From Azolla caroliniana (Eukaryota; Plantae; Polypodiophyta), in the NCBI GenBank assembly GCA_043228905.1, contig JBHGNT010000010.1:14446001-14510000 (forward strand): DNA of 64,000 nt, in the 5' to 3' direction. A model generated the notes under the pieces. It was not told the origin of the DNA and did not search any database. It saw only the letters and a program-made list of their open reading frames with translations. How positions within the stretch are numbered: position 1 is the stretch's first letter; each line of letters opens with the position of its first letter. The translations under genes and the position numbers were made by a program. This document shows positions 1 to 14,000 of this stretch, piece by piece.

Positions 1-1235
1 TGAGCTTGCTTCTCAACAAAACATGACCTAATTAATGCTTCAATCTCTGACTGCTTTTTTCAGATCAAAACTGTTGATACACTAAAAATATCTAGACTTC
101 TCCAAGCTGGTGGATAGTTCCATGTCGAGGGCAGAAATTTTACCACATGAAAATTAAAAAAGTGCACATTCAAGATTCGTAAAATAAATTCTAAACATAA
201 TTAAACTCAATGAGATAAGCCTAGGTATTCACAATTTGGATACATTACTCAAAGACAAGCAGATGTTCTTATATCTTGCACAATGGGATTACCTTTCTGG
301 ACCTAGAATGTCATTGTCATTCTATGTAAAGAAGAACGGTATCAGTTTCCTGACATTTTTCTTTCTCACAAACATTTATGCTAATAAAAATAAATTAACT
401 TCATTAGATCACATAAATATTCATAATTCAGATCCACACACAAAGAAACAGATATCTTTCTAATCCTGTATCATATGAGTAGCTTTTCTGATAGAATCTA
501 GATGAAAGATAGCAAAAAACTGTGAAAGATTCATGAGGCAGAATGTTCTAGGGTACAGCAAAACACCCACATCACGACGCTAAATATCAAGGACACTAAT
601 GCTATAGACATGATGACTCGTGAATCAAGAGCCCTAGAGTAATTAATGTAATAGACAGTCTAGCTAATGTGAGCCACGAGTTCCCATACTACAATTGAGG
701 ATCTGTTAGCAAAATGCCTATAATCAAGAGATGGAACTTCCATAAGATCAGATTTCATAAATTTGTTTTGTGGATTTAGAAAGAAACAGAGTTTCTTTTA
801 TCCTAGCTGGCATTCTGTATTTTTCAGCCGGTTGATGCTAGTTTACTTCCTCATAAACAGAAAAAGGACCTCATTCCTCACTCTTATTGTTCAAGTCTTG
901 TCAAACGTCAGACCCTTTTCTCTATCCAGCACCCACAAAAGAAGCCCTCAACTCCATAGAGATTCTCACAGCAAATGGTAAATCCTGTGTAATGTAAACT
1001 CTAAGATCTTCTTGAAAATAGATACAATTGACATGAGAACAAATTGATACACTGTACAATCATGGTGTTTTACCCTACCTACAACGAATGAGATACTCTA
1101 GTAAACACAAATACTTTACTGCATTTATGTTGACTCAAGACCTCTGCAAAGCATTGACACCACCTCATTTTAATTACTTTCAAGAAAACCCAAGAAAAAG
1201 ATTATTACCTTAACAGCACATGCATGTTGTATTAC

Positions 1236-1478
1236 CTGAATTTCTCTTGGAAAGGTTGCACTAAATAGCATAGTTTGCCTCTCCCCTGCTCGTGGCATAT
1301 CCATCTGCTCCACAATCCTGCGGATCTGTGGCTCAAATCCCATGTCAAGCATCCGATCAGCTTCATCCAAGGCCAAGTAGCGTACTTGAGATAGAGATAC
1401 TCTAGCCCTCTCCAACAGGTCAGATAAGCGTCCGGGTGTTGCAACCAAAATATCAACTCCCCTCTCAAGATCTCGTAG
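1236..1478 (-). CDS. DEAD-box helicase coding exon 3 ([18 protein letters not shown]...[16 protein letters not shown]...SATFPREIQ); gene continues beyond the left edge
   Basis: 243-nt phase-0 exon, acceptor tttcag, donor gtaat; motifs TPGR, DEAD and SAT; preceded by a 3023-nt intron. Confidence 0.95.
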
Positions 1479-4400
1479 CTGAAATAATACCATGAGCCAT
1501 AGGATATATAAATGAAGAGTGTGTCTCTCTGAGAAAATTTAACTCCACAGTAAAAAAATATTGTAATGTTTAATGAAAATAAAACGGTAAAAAGAAATAT
1601 TTCGCCAACAGAAATGCAAACTACGCATCAGGAATTTTAAGGTTGTCAATAAATTAAAATCAAATAATAAATATCTTTAATAAGTACACGCATTTATGAT
1701 TAATGAAAGAAGTACTTTGCAAATATTCAAATATAAAATCTTCATAGTCAATCACATCCCCAACTCATGCAAAAACACAAGAAATTTTCCAATGATGAAT
1801 ACTGGTACAAAGTAAAGAAATAAATATGAATCAGAACACAAATTTAGAAAACCCAGAATATACACAAGATCAAATACAAATATGGGAATATATATTAAAT
1901 GCCCTTCATGGTTATCATTCTCTTCTATTTCTCATTTGTGTTTTCGCCAGTGATTTCTTTTGAAAGATCAAATATTATTGTAAGACTTGCATGTTGTAGA
2001 GTGTCAACGAATATAGCTATTTTGGTACAACGAAGATTTTCATAAAAATACATGATCTTGATATCAATGCCTGTATGACTGGAATTTTGCACTCTGAATA
2101 GCACTGGAAAACCTAATATACATATCTATATCTCCAAAATATATTTAAGATTTATAAGTGATTATTGAACAATGTTGACAGCCTATAAATTAGTAATTAG
2201 TTAAAACAAAAAGAACAAAGAAAGATATAGGCTCTCACAACATAAGCTTATAACTACTCAGAAAATATATATATGTCAGTTAAGTCCTGTGCACATTTGT
2301 CTCAGTTCCAAATATGGATATAAATGAGAACATGCCATGAATAAACTGGGAAACCCATTAGTGAGCAACGAATGCATATATCCTGTTATTCACCAGTCTG
2401 CACCAAGCAAAAACCACATCTATAGGAAGTTTTTGGCTAAACATAGAGACACAATAAATGTCCATGGAAAGTTGAAAACCTTACTTGCTTCTCATAATCA
2501 GTGTTGGAAACAATAACTACATTATGTCTTATATTCGGCTCTTTATATGTCAGGGTGAGTGTAGCCCAGATTATAACAACCAATTTACTATTTCATGTGA
2601 TGCTAGAGATATAAGAATATACAAAGAGTATACACAGTCAGAGTTAAAAATAAAGCATTAAAATATATGTTAACAGTTCAGAATTCTTTTCCTGTTTAAA
2701 AAAAGAAAAAACAGAAAAGAGTTCCAAAAATGATGCCAAGTATTATGCAAGCTTTAAAATATTCCAGCTAAAGGTATAAAATAATGAAAGAGACGATTCC
2801 AAACAAAAAATCAAATTAGTATTTCTTTACTGGAAATGCATTGTCTTTTACTTTGTTCAAATATCCATCGAAATCTTGGCTGTTGTCACTTGTGTATTTT
2901 TGTCTTCTGTTCATCCATGCCCAACTAAACTTAACGTCGTAACACTCAAAGGTACGTATAAAGAAGTAATATGGCTTTTTCATTAGTTTCGTCTACGGTC
3001 GTTTGCTAGATTTCCAAGTTTGATGGACATGGATGATAAATATCACCATTTGACGACTTATATATAGATTGATGCTTCTTGTTCTTCATTATGCCTACAC
3101 TGGTTCACAGTCCTTGCCATTTACATCTGCGGTCTCACCAAAATTGCCTATTTCTATTTAAGTTTCTGCTTCTGCTTCTGGTTTCCATTTCATACTTCCA
3201 ACTCCAAAAGGATGAATCTAGCAGGATGTATAAAACTAACTTTTGCTTGACATGGGGCAAAATGGAACCCCATAGACCCGTTGTTATCTTTAGAGTAAGA
3301 CGCAACAGAGACTGTGTGTGACTATATACTTAACCCTAAGGATTTACATAATCGATGTGACCACATGACTGATGGTCTTGATCTTGGTTGGGCAGTTGGG
3401 TAGTCTTCATATAAAATAATTAGAACTTGATTAGATCCATGACAATAAACTACGATTAGGTGTTGACCACGATTACGGATCTTACTATTGAGAATATCTT
3501 ATACGAATAATATGTATATGTACTATCAATATAGGGCTTAGGGGCTTTTGGAGTTATAAAGATGAGAAAGCTCTAGAAATAATTGTAGAATTGTTTGCAC
3601 GATTGGTAACTCATCACAGTCATGGGTGTGAAACTTCAAAAGATCTTTGGAAACATCTGGAGAGGAACGCAAGGTAGTGCACAAAAACAATATCCTCAAA
3701 AGATCTCATACCATGTATAGTTGTTTGGTTTAGAAATAAAACGCATATCACAAATGGTCACACTGCTTAATCACATGAAAAATCACCTAAAGCAACTTGC
3801 AGGAATCCAAATGTTCCCATAAGAAATGTGGACAAAGGCAGAGAGGTCTTCACCTCTTTTGGGGAGAGAATAAAGTGGAGATATGCTCCACCAAGGTGGC
3901 TTTTTCCAACCCCCATTATGGAAGGATCCCGATTTTAGATGTGTAAATACAGTTTCTAAGGTAGCTGCGTGGGGGCTTTTGCTATTCGACATGTTGGTTT
4001 ATGTGGGTATGGTGGTTGGGTTTTCATGTAAGAGTTCTTTGTGGCCTTTGGCCATCTTTCCATTAATACCAAGGTGAATCTTAAAAATAAAAATAAAAAA
4101 TGTTAACATAAGAAATATTCTCGACAGTTATTGTGGAACTTTTCCGAAGGCATCCATCAACCTTCATTCGCCAAAGCTGGAACATGCACATAGCATACAC
4201 ATTGCACACACACATTAACAAACAGAGGATCTAATTTTTTAAAATGTAAGCCATACATAGCTAGAAAAAATGTATTCATCAAGAATTACGGATTTCATTG
4301 CTATGCAATAACTCGTCACCATGTTGATAAATCAAGAGATGAGCTCATATCCTTTCAAGCAATCAAACACTAGCCAGAAAAAACATGCAGGTGCCTAAGT

Positions 4401-4501
4401 AACGCATAAAACCAATTTAATTATGCTTTTAGAGTTTGTAACAAAGCGTTCCTTTCAAAATAAATATGTATTTGAAAAAATCAGAGAAGTTAATAAAAGA
4501 C

Positions 4502-4585
4502 CTGTTGATTGATGGGTGCACCACCGTATGCAACAACCACCCTCACACCAGTTTTATAAGCAAATTTTTTTGCCTCATCATGAAT
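4502..4585 (-). CDS. DEAD-box helicase coding exon 2 (IHDEAKKFAYKTGVRVVVAYGGAPINQQ)
   Basis: 84-nt phase-0 exon with AG/GT borders; continues the DDX3 sequence including the GG doublet; not in the ORF track. Confidence 0.92.
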
Positions 4586-4664
4586 CTGGTACCATTTCAA
4601 AATTAGCAAAATAACCTTCTTACGCAAAAAACGTACAATATCAGCTCTTGAGATGGTAGCTTAC

Positions 4665-5525
4665 TTGCATTGATAACTCTCTTGTTGGTGAAAGAATAAG
4701 CGCAAGAGGGAACACTGTGCGACTCCCTCTCGGAGGCCTTGCATTTGGAGGACCACTTAAAATGCCAGCGATGATAGGAAAACAGAATGCTGCTGTTTTT
4801 CCAGAGCCTGTCTGTGCACAAGCCATTAAGTCCCTTCCAGCCATTGATATGGGTATAGCATGCCTTTGCACAGGAGTTGGCTTTACATACTTGCATCTCT
4901 TAATGTTCTCATTTACAGCCGAACCCAGATCTATTTCGGCAAAGGTTGCCACTGGAGGGGGGACATTTCCACCACTAGTTTCAACAGGTATGTCTTCATA
5001 TGCATCGAAGTTGATGCCAGTATTCTCTTGATCGAAGAGTTGCTCCTCAGTTACATCATCATTCACAAAGGGGTTAACCTCCTTGTTGCGAGAGGAGGCA
5101 CCATTCCAGCTTGCTCGACCTCCTTCTGATCCTGGCCACGTGGTTTGACCTCCACTAACAGGTGCCCAACCGCCAATTCCTTGGCGCCCCACATGGTAAC
5201 CAACTCTGCCACCGCCCCTCCCACCACTGCCATCACTACCAGGCCGTGGACCAAAGGTGGTAGGTGCATAGCCAGCCTCAGGGGCAGGGAGGATGGGTCT
5301 GCGATCTGGGGGGTAGGGCTGTGCACCTCCATGAGGCATTCTCAGATGTGGTGGAACATATGATGATCTATAATTAGACCGAGACTCCAGTGAATAGTTG
5401 CTGCTTTTGTTGGGAGAATAATTATAGTTGTGGTTGTGGTGATGGTGATGGTGATGGTGATTGTTGTGGTTGTTGTGGGCAGAGAGATGGTCAGCTCCCA
5501 CATCATCAGACCACACTGCTGCCAT
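4665..5525 (-). CDS. DEAD-box RNA helicase, DDX3/Ded1 family (Arabidopsis RH11/RH37/RH52-like), first coding exon
   Basis: ATG at 5525 (MAAVWSDD...) just after acceptor tttctccaag; His/Asn- and Gly/Arg-rich N-terminus with YVPPHLR; TGINFDAYEDIPVE; Q motif YVKPTPVQRHAIP; motif I AQTGSGKT; motif Ia SPTRELS; GT donor at 4664; 861 nt, phase 0. Confidence 0.95.
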
Positions 5526-5901
5526 GCCTTGGAGAAACCAAAAGCGCCTTACTCCCCCAGTGGGTGGCGAGCCTAGAAGAACAATTCTGTGGGAAAAGAA
5601 TGAATTGTAGTAGGATGAGGATGACACATGAAAAAAAAAAAAAAAAAAAAAAAAGGGAGAAAGTAAACAACAACCAAAAACACACATAAATGGGAGGGAG
5701 CCAAGTGCGGAAAAATGCAGGAAAAAGGAATCTAGTGTTGATTGGCACTCAAACGGGTAAAGTAATAAATAAAGCAAGAAGAGAAGAGAAACCACACCGT
5801 CATGATATCCATTCCAACTCAACATTCACTCTTGTGTTTGTAATATGTATACAGAAAACCTAGAAATTTGTTGTGCAGGAAAGGAAGAAGAAGAAGGATA
5901 C

Positions 5902-6030
5902 CTGTTTGCCGGTGTTTAAATTGTTCCGTTCTTTTCTGTGTCTTTGTCGCGATCGACTTCCAACCAAATCAAAACGAGTGAAAACAAAAAACCCTTCCCC
6001 TCTCACAGTTTCTCTCGCTCGGTGAGAGAG
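5902..6030 (-). other. Probable 5' UTR exon of the helicase gene (UTR intron 5528-5901)
   Basis: Donor cag|gtatcc at 5901, T-rich intron, acceptor 2 nt before the ATG; upstream limit approximate. Confidence 0.55.
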
Positions 6031-6427
6031 AGTATATGTATGTATAGAAAATTGAAATAGACGAAAACAGAAGAAGACAGAAGAAGAAGAAAATGCCTGC
6101 CTAAAATATATGTAACTACTATTCACTACTCCACTGTCCACACACACAAACCCAAACTTATGTTACATGTGTATCAAAATGTATGTACATATACTCATAC
6201 TGTATGTATATGTATACATATTGTGTCTATGAAACACTTTCAACATACTCTCTCTTTTTCGGTAAAACCACACAATTATGTACGTATGTATATTAATTGC
6301 ATTCAAAACCCACTTGTTACACCTTCTTAGTCAATTCTCTACCTACCTACCTATGTAAGTAGGGAGAGGGATGTCCTTGAAAGCCATTAGGAAACCTGAG
6401 TATCATGCATACTCTTGAGGAAATGAT

Positions 6428-6741
6428 TAGGAAGTGGCAATGGTTTGGTCTCGGCTTAACCGGTTTCACCTTGTCCAAACCAAACTTGCTAAGCCTTAAC
6501 CGGTTTGCGAGTTTCCAAAATCGAACCGAATCGGTTCCTAAACCAGTTGAGGCTTAGCCGCTTTGGGAACCAATTTAGACCAAATCGGTTCGATTTGGCT
6601 TGAGCTATCCCAAACCGAGATGTCAAACTGGTTAAGGAATTCTCAAGCCGTAACCGACCCGAACTGAACCGAACCACCAAACCGTTTTTAAATAGCTTAA
6701 CGGTTCGGGTCAAGCTTGAGTCGAGCCATTGCCAAATCTTA
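6428..6741. mobile_element. hAT-type MITE (314 bp) upstream of the helicase
   Basis: Imperfect TIRs TAGGAAGTGGCAATGG / TAAGATTTGGCAATGG; perfect 8-bp TSD GAAATGAT (6420-6427, 6742-6749); many internal AACCG/CGGTT motifs. Confidence 0.9.
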
Positions 6742-7289
6742 GAAATGATCCCCACCTACTCTAATGTATAAAATTTCCACATGAAAGTGCCTTTCAACTT
6801 CTTCATATAGACTTTCACCCAATGTCTTCGACATGAAAGCAATTGCATTTGCAATCCACAGTATCATAAAAATTGAAAAAACATCGCCAACGTCATTTGG
6901 ACCATTTTGAACATATTGAACAAAAAACATATTATTGAGGCTTCAAATAGCAACGAGTTAAAACTTGCCAATCTCATATAAGTACTTCCAAATAACTCTT
7001 TCCAATCTCATATAGGTACTTCCAAATTGTATGCACCTATGTGTATTGTCCTCCAATGCAATGGTGCAAAAGAAGCACGTACTTGACCCTAGTCATCATG
7101 TTTAAGGGTGAACCTTATGGGAGCCTACCAATCATCAATCCCTCGCCATAGTGGTAAGTTGAACACTAACACAAGGCATTAGGTTTAAGGCTAGACTTTC
7201 AACCTCTCTATATCACACCATACATACTCTCTCTTTCTCAATAAACATAATCTCTCTCTCTCTATAATATATATAGATCTATCTATCTA

Positions 7290-7480
7290 ACCCATTGTTA
7301 CAACTTCCTAGTCTTCTCTAAGCCTTCTTTACTATGTACATATGTTACAAGCACACAATAAATTTAATTGCATGTAAAACCCATTGTTACAACTTCCTAG
7401 TCTTCTCTAAACCTTCTTTAATATGTACATATGTTACAAGCACACAATTATATTAATTGCATGTAAAACCCATTGTTAGA
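7290..7480. repeat. ~90-bp tandem repeat, two copies plus a partial
   Basis: cccattgttacaacttcctagtcttctcta...attgcatgtaaaac repeated at ~7291 and ~7380, partial at ~7469. Confidence 0.85.
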
Positions 7481-7731
7481 TTCATATGACTTCTTAATCT
7501 TCTCTTCTATGTATACATGTAAGTTGTGTGACCTCATGTAAAGCCATTAGAAAACTTGAATATGCATGTTAGTAATGACCCCCACATGCGCCGACATCCA
7601 AAAAATACTCATGAGAATGCATTTCAACTTCTTAACATATACTTTCACCCCATGTCCTTTCTCTCTCTCTCTCTCCCACTCACTCTCCATTGCAACATTT
7701 GTTGGTAATGTTCTTGAACATCGAGAGTCGT

Positions 7732-9045
7732 TGTCACGAACAAATAGAGCAGAGCAAAACAGAGCTAGGCAAAAGGTAGGATATTGAGAGATAGGGCGAG
7801 AAGTAAGAGATAGATGAATCAGAATATAGGATTATGTAACCCCTGTATTTACATATGTTTTTGGGCTCCGTGTCTAGTTCTTGATTTCCATGCATAGACC
7901 CATTTTCATGTAGAATCTTCTGGAATATTCTTGCTTCCAGGGCTTTTTGGAAGCTTCTAAAAACTCTTAGAGCATGGAATAGATAATCTACTAAGATATA
8001 TATAACATGACCATGTATTGGATGTGTTGGTTACAACATAACACTTGATTATAATACAAGAGGTCAAGAGTTTGAATCTTGAGATGATTATTGTCATGTC
8101 CATGACATTATCCTCCCCGCTAAGCATGCCTCGTAAGATGTCATCCTTGATTCTTGTGGATATTTGTGATGAAATGCATGAACAACATTCAGTGCATTCA
8201 CCAAATGTTGGATCGGTTCCCAAGTTACCTCTAAAATGGGGTACCCTTTCCATAAGACAAGGTATTGAAGTTGTCATTGATGCCAACGAGAGTCCAAAAT
8301 CTTGTCAACCTCATACTCCTTACATGTGGAGGTGGAGAGTGTCTTCCCGGAAGAGTGGATGGATGATGAGGTTCAAGGAGAAAGGCATGGAAGACATCAT
8401 GAATCCGGAAATGCGGAGTAACTTCTAGCTAGAAAGTGATTGGGTTGATACACTAAATGATGTGGAAAGGCCCCAACTTTTGTAGTCAAACTTTTCGCAA
8501 AGTCGAGTTGTGTCAACATGGTGATGTAAGAGCCAGACTTGATCACCAACTACAAAGGTGGGTGTGGTTGAGCGATGATGATCATCTTGCGCTTTGTACT
8601 GGTCCCCAACAAGGATGAGCTTGAGGGAGAGGTCTTTGATGAATGTCCGCTAAAGTACAGGCACGCTCTTCCGCGGAAGGGTTCATAGAGTTACCAGGGT
8701 TGGAGATATTGAAGTGAGGATGGAAACCATAGTTGGCGAAAAATGGGGTGATCCCGGTTGAACCATGTAACGTATTATTATATGTGAACTCTACCAATGG
8801 TAGGAGGTCGATCTAATCATCTTGTTGGTAGCTAAGTGAGCACCTAAGGTATTGCTCTAGAATTTGGTTCACCTACTTAGTTTGGTCATCAGTTTGAGGA
8901 TGATAGGACGAGGAAAAATTCCCTATTGTGTCAAGTGTCTGAAGGAGCCATCGCAAAAAACAAGAGACAAATTGGGGTCCGTGATCCGAGGTGACATTGT
9001 CCGACACCCCATGAAGCCACACCACATTCTTTTAAACTTGATCAG
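7732..9045 (-). mobile_element. Gypsy G1 (Tcn1-like chromovirus), 3' remnant: 3' LTR 7732-8107, PPT, decayed integrase/chromodomain
   Basis: LTR TGTCA...TGACA; PPT gcggggaggataa next to it; integrase peptides EFTYNNTLHGSTGITPFFANYGFHP and HGVSDNVTSDHGPQF; interrupted at 9045 by element X3. Confidence 0.85.
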
Positions 9046-11088
9046 TGTTACTCCTGGGCTGGACTTAGCCACTAACACAGGGTATTCCCTTTTAGAATAC
9101 ACATCAAAAGGGGTGGTCGGAGATATGGATGATGATTGAACACTCATACACTTACATTATCCGGTTACTTTTCGGAACACATACAACGTATCCGGCACTT
9201 AATTACACGTGTAAGATCACTAGTTATTGCACAAATGGCAAGTATACAAGATAACATACGGATAGACAATGGAGTAGCCAAATTTAATCCTTAACTTATA
9301 TTACTTCCGTAAAGATACATTGATCCGGATCCTTTATATAGGCATCCGGTAGAACAATACAAAACGGTGCCTATCCGACTACTGGCTACAAAATGGCGTG
9401 GATCCTAATCAGTAAAACTATCCAGATTTGTCATTTCCTTAATAATAATTATCTATATTTGTAAAGAATCGGTGATGATTCTATGTAGCGGAAGAACTCT
9501 GTGTGTGTGTGTGTGTGGAGAGAGAGAAAGAGCTCAAGGTTACAGAAAAATAGAAAATTACAAAGAGAAGGAGAAGGTGCTTATATAGTCACCTTCTCTC
9601 TAGGTTCTCTCACTAGAGTCGCCTCTTGGGAAAGAGGTCGAGTCGTAACTACTTAAAGAATATCTGTCATAGGATATTAACTTCTATGACACACTAGTTA
9701 CTATAGAAGGAGGTGGGGGTGGTCACACACTTGAGTATCCTAGAGTGTGTTCCCACACACACGGGAAATTGAGTTTGATTCGCAACATGCCCCTTCAAAC
9801 ACAACTTCCGTTCGCCAAAACGTTGGTTTGGTCTCTTCGATTCGGTTGAACCGGCTTCGGCTTCGGATGGTCGGTACTACTTCGATTCGGCTACTCCTTC
9901 ATGTCGGCGTTTGTCGGGCACTTTCTAATTCGTCATGTAAGGCATTTCCTTAATACTCCCCCTCAAGCTTGGCTAGTCAATGGTCGAGAGACCGAGGTTC
10001 GTTGTGAACTACCATAGCTTGTTGACTCCTAGTGCCTTCGTGAATATGTCAGTCGTCTGCAGGGTTGTGCTTATGTGTTGTAGGTCGATATCTCCGGCCA
10101 GGACATGTTCTCAGATGAAATGATAGTGCACCTCAATGTGCTTAGTCCGAGCGTGGAAGACTGGGTTGCGGGCTAGGTGGATGCTCATGTTGTTGCAATA
10201 CAGGACAATCAAATCCTTGATGGGAACGCCCAGATCCTTCTATAGTCTTTTGAGCCAAACGGCTTCACACGCAGCGACGACCGCGCCCTTGTATTCGGCT
10301 TCGGTGCTTGACAACTGTCGGCTGCTTTTTGCTGCTCCATGATATGGCTTTGCTGCTGAGGGAGAAGACGAATCTGGATGTCGATCGTCTGTCAGCTTTG
10401 TAGCCGGCCCAATCGGTATCGGTGTACCCTTTGAGTCGAATCGTTGTGGCCGATTTATAGAGGATGCTGAAGTCCATTGTCCCACTCACATAACGTAATA
10501 CTCGCTTAGCATAGTCCAGATGAATGTTTCACGGTGTCTGCATAAACTGGCTAAGGAGGCCGACCAAGTAGCCTAGGTCAAGTCGAATGATGGTGAGATA
10601 GATCAGGCTTTCGACAAGTCAATGATAAAACATCAGCTCACACTCTTCTGTGCTAGAATTGGCATCTAGCCTTAGGTTTCGATTGAGAGGGGTAGTGACG
10701 GGCTTACACTCTGTCATCCCAAACTTGTAGAGAAGATTGAGGATATAGTGTTGTTGGGAGATCATGATGTCGTCATGAGTCTGAATTACTTCTATTCCCA
10801 GAAAGTAATGAAGCTCCTTCATGTCTTTCATTTCGAATCGGCTGGAGAGGAGCTTATTGATGTTCTCAATATCTGCTAAATGCTCTCCTCCTATAACCAA
10901 GTCATCCACATAAATGATGATAAATACTTGTCCTCTAGAGTCACTCTGGATGAACAGAGAGTTGTCGGACTTGGACACATTGAAGCCGATTTGATGAAGA
11001 TATTGGGTTATCTTCGAGTGCCACGCTCTAAGTCCTTGCTTGAGGCCCTAGAGAGGCGGAGAGGCTTTTTGAGTCAACATACCACTTG

Positions 11089-14000
11089 TGGGCTTATCCT
11101 AACATATTTACAAATATGTCCTTAGATCCGATTCACACCGTATCCAAACAGAATCATTGGTTCCAGTTTCCGGATCTTGTCCGGAACCCTTCCGAATCCG
11201 GCTTCTTAATCCGGCTCATTCGGTTCTCATCCGGATCCCGTCCAGAGGGACCGAATTCCCAACAAACTCCCCCTTCACTCTAGCATGGGATTTCTCGTTA
11301 ATCTGATCCGTCTTCGACACGTGTCCAACTTGTCAGTTGGACGCACCTTGGTCATCATATCCGATCCGTTCTCCTTCGTGTGGATCTTCGTCAGCACGAG
11401 GTCTTGATCTTCTACCTTCTCCCGAAGCTAATCATATCTCCTCTGGATGTGCTTGGTCCGGGAATGGTAGGCCGTGTTCTTCACAAGGTGGATGACACTT
11501 TGACTATCGCAGTAGTGCCGGTATTCCTCCTATCAGATCCCTAGCTCTCTGATGAAGTCCTTCATCCATATTACTTCCTTGCCAACTTCCACATCTGCCA
11601 TGTACTCCGCTTCCGTTGTTGATAGTGCAACAGACTTTTGCAGCCTCGACTGCCATGATACGACTCCCCCTGCATAAGTCATGACATATCCAGATGTCGA
11701 CCATCTGGTATCTGCATCAGCCGACATATCTGAATCCGTGAATCCGTCAAGTTGGGGTTTACCGGAGCCAAACCAGAGGCATATACTCGAGGTGCCTTTA
11801 AGATACCGGAGTATCCACTTGACTACGTTCCAGTGCTCTCTTCTCGGGTTGCTCATGAACCGGATGACTACTCCGACAACATATGCAATATCCGGCTGGG
11901 TGCACACCATTGCGTACATTAAGCTTTCGACGGTAGAGGCATATGGTATCTTTGTCATATCCGACTTCTCTGCATTTGTCTTCGAGCTCTGCTTTCCAGA
12001 CAACTTGCAGTTTGCTGGAAGTGTCGATCCGACCGGTTTCACCTCTGACATGTTGAACCTTTGAAGCACCTTTGTCACGTACTTCTCCTGTGACAACCAC
12101 AATAGCTTCTCCAACCGGTCCCGGATTATGTGCATCCCTAATATCTATCTTGTTGGACCCAGGTCTTTCATTGAGAAGGTTCGGTTCAAAGCCTTCTTCA
12201 ACATCCGTATCTTGGCTTGGTCTCGTCCGACGATCATCATATCATCCACATAAAGGAGGAGTATCAGGAAATCTCATCCGTTGAATTTCTTCACCAACAT
12301 GCAGTGATCGGATTGCGTCTTGTGGTACCCTTGATCCAGGAGTCGAACCTCTGGTACCATTGATCCGTATAGGTTCTTCCTCAACTGGCACACCAGGTGC
12401 TCCTTCCCTTTCTTCACAAATCCTTCTAGTTGCTGCATGTAGATCTCTTCTTTGAGGTCCCCATGTAGGAATGTCGTCTTGACATCCAATTGCTCTACCT
12501 CAAGGTCCATGCTTGCTACTATGCTCAATACCATCTGGATTGATGTCATCTTTACAACCGGGCAAAGATCTCGTCGAAATCCACTCCTTTCTTCTGCTGG
12601 AACCCCTTCACCACAATTCGGGCTTTGTATCTCGGTGGGTTTCCGGCATCTCCCGATTTCATCTTGTACACCCACTTGCTCCGGAGTGCTCTCTTCCCTT
12701 TTGACAACTCTGTCAGTTCATATGTGTGGTTCTCATGCAGGGAGGGAGTCCATCTCATCCTACATGTAGCTCAACCACTTGCGGTTGTGGGTGTCTTTCT
12801 TTGCTTCTTCGAAGCTTTCCGGCTCCCCCTCATCGGTTAGCAACACATGCTCTGCATCTGGAAATCTTCGGGGGGTTCTTCTCTCTCTAAGAGGGTATAT
12901 TCGTCCTTGGTCTTCGGCAACCGGTTCCTCCGTCTATTCCTCATCCTCATCCGATTCGGGATCTTGTCCGGTTCTAGTTTCAGCTTCCTCTTCTTCTTCT
13001 TCTTCTTCTTCTTCTTCAGTCGGTTCGGTTTCTGCTCCGAATCTAGCCGGTTCTTCGAGTGTCATCCGGCTTCCGGCCGGATGGGTCCTCAGCTCCTTCA
13101 ACTGATCTTTGCTTGTCAATCTGGAATTCATTATCTTTTTCTCCGACTCCCAGTCGGCAATGGTCTTATCCTCCATGAAGATAATGTCCCGACTCTGGAA
13201 AAACTTCTTGTCGACTAGGTCCCACACTCGGTAGCCAAACTCGTCATCGCCATATCCAAGGAATATGCATGGCCTGGACTTCGGAACCAACTTTGCTCTC
13301 TTGCTCTTTGCAACATGCACATATGCGAGACACCTAAACACCTTCAGATGCCGGTAAGACACGTCTTTACCGGTCCATACTCTTTGTGGCGTGTCTCCTT
13401 ACAAGGGTGTTGAGGGTGACCTGTTAATCACATATGTTGCCGTCATCAGCGCCTTAGCCCAAAACGTCTTGGGTAACTTTGCATGTGCTAGCATGCTTCA
13501 AAATTTCTCCATTATGGTCTGGTTCATCCGTTCAGCCAACCCATTCAACTCCGGCGTTTGTGGCATGGTGAATTCGAGCCTGATTCCCTTCGACCGACAG
13601 TACTCCTCAAACTGCCCCTGGTATTCTCCTTCGTTATCTACTTGAACCGCCTTCAACTTCTGGTCGGTTTCTCTTTTCACTCTCGCGTGGAGCTCCTTGA
13701 AGACAAACAACACATGATCCTTAGTCTTCAACGGTGAGACCCACAGTTTCCGGTTGTGGTCGTCTATGAACGTCATGAAGTACTGCGATCCGCCATGTGA
13801 CTTCGTGTCCACTTGACACACATTGGTATGCACCAGCTCCAGTGATGCATTCCGTCTCATCGGTGGTCTTGACCGGAAGGAGGTTCGGTTTTGCTTGCCG
13901 GCCAAGCAATCGGTGCACTTCTCAAGTTGCACGTCCTTCACCGGAACGAGATTGTCTTTGGCGAGTCTCTTCATCCCCTTATGGCTCATATGACACAATC

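Noticed and set aside
3540-4100. Possible LINE 3' remnant with A-rich tail in the helicase intron
   Set aside because: Only faint resemblance; no convincing motif or TSD by eye
5526-5825. Hydrophobic N-terminal extension of ORF 4641-5825 that looks like a membrane anchor on the helicase
   Set aside because: It is T-rich intron sequence read in frame; an AG acceptor lies 2 nt before the MAAVW start
9788-9955. Initial reading that the Copia A LTR extends to 9955
   Set aside because: The other LTR copy ends at ...gattctcaata followed by TSD ATATT, which fixes the LTR end at 9787
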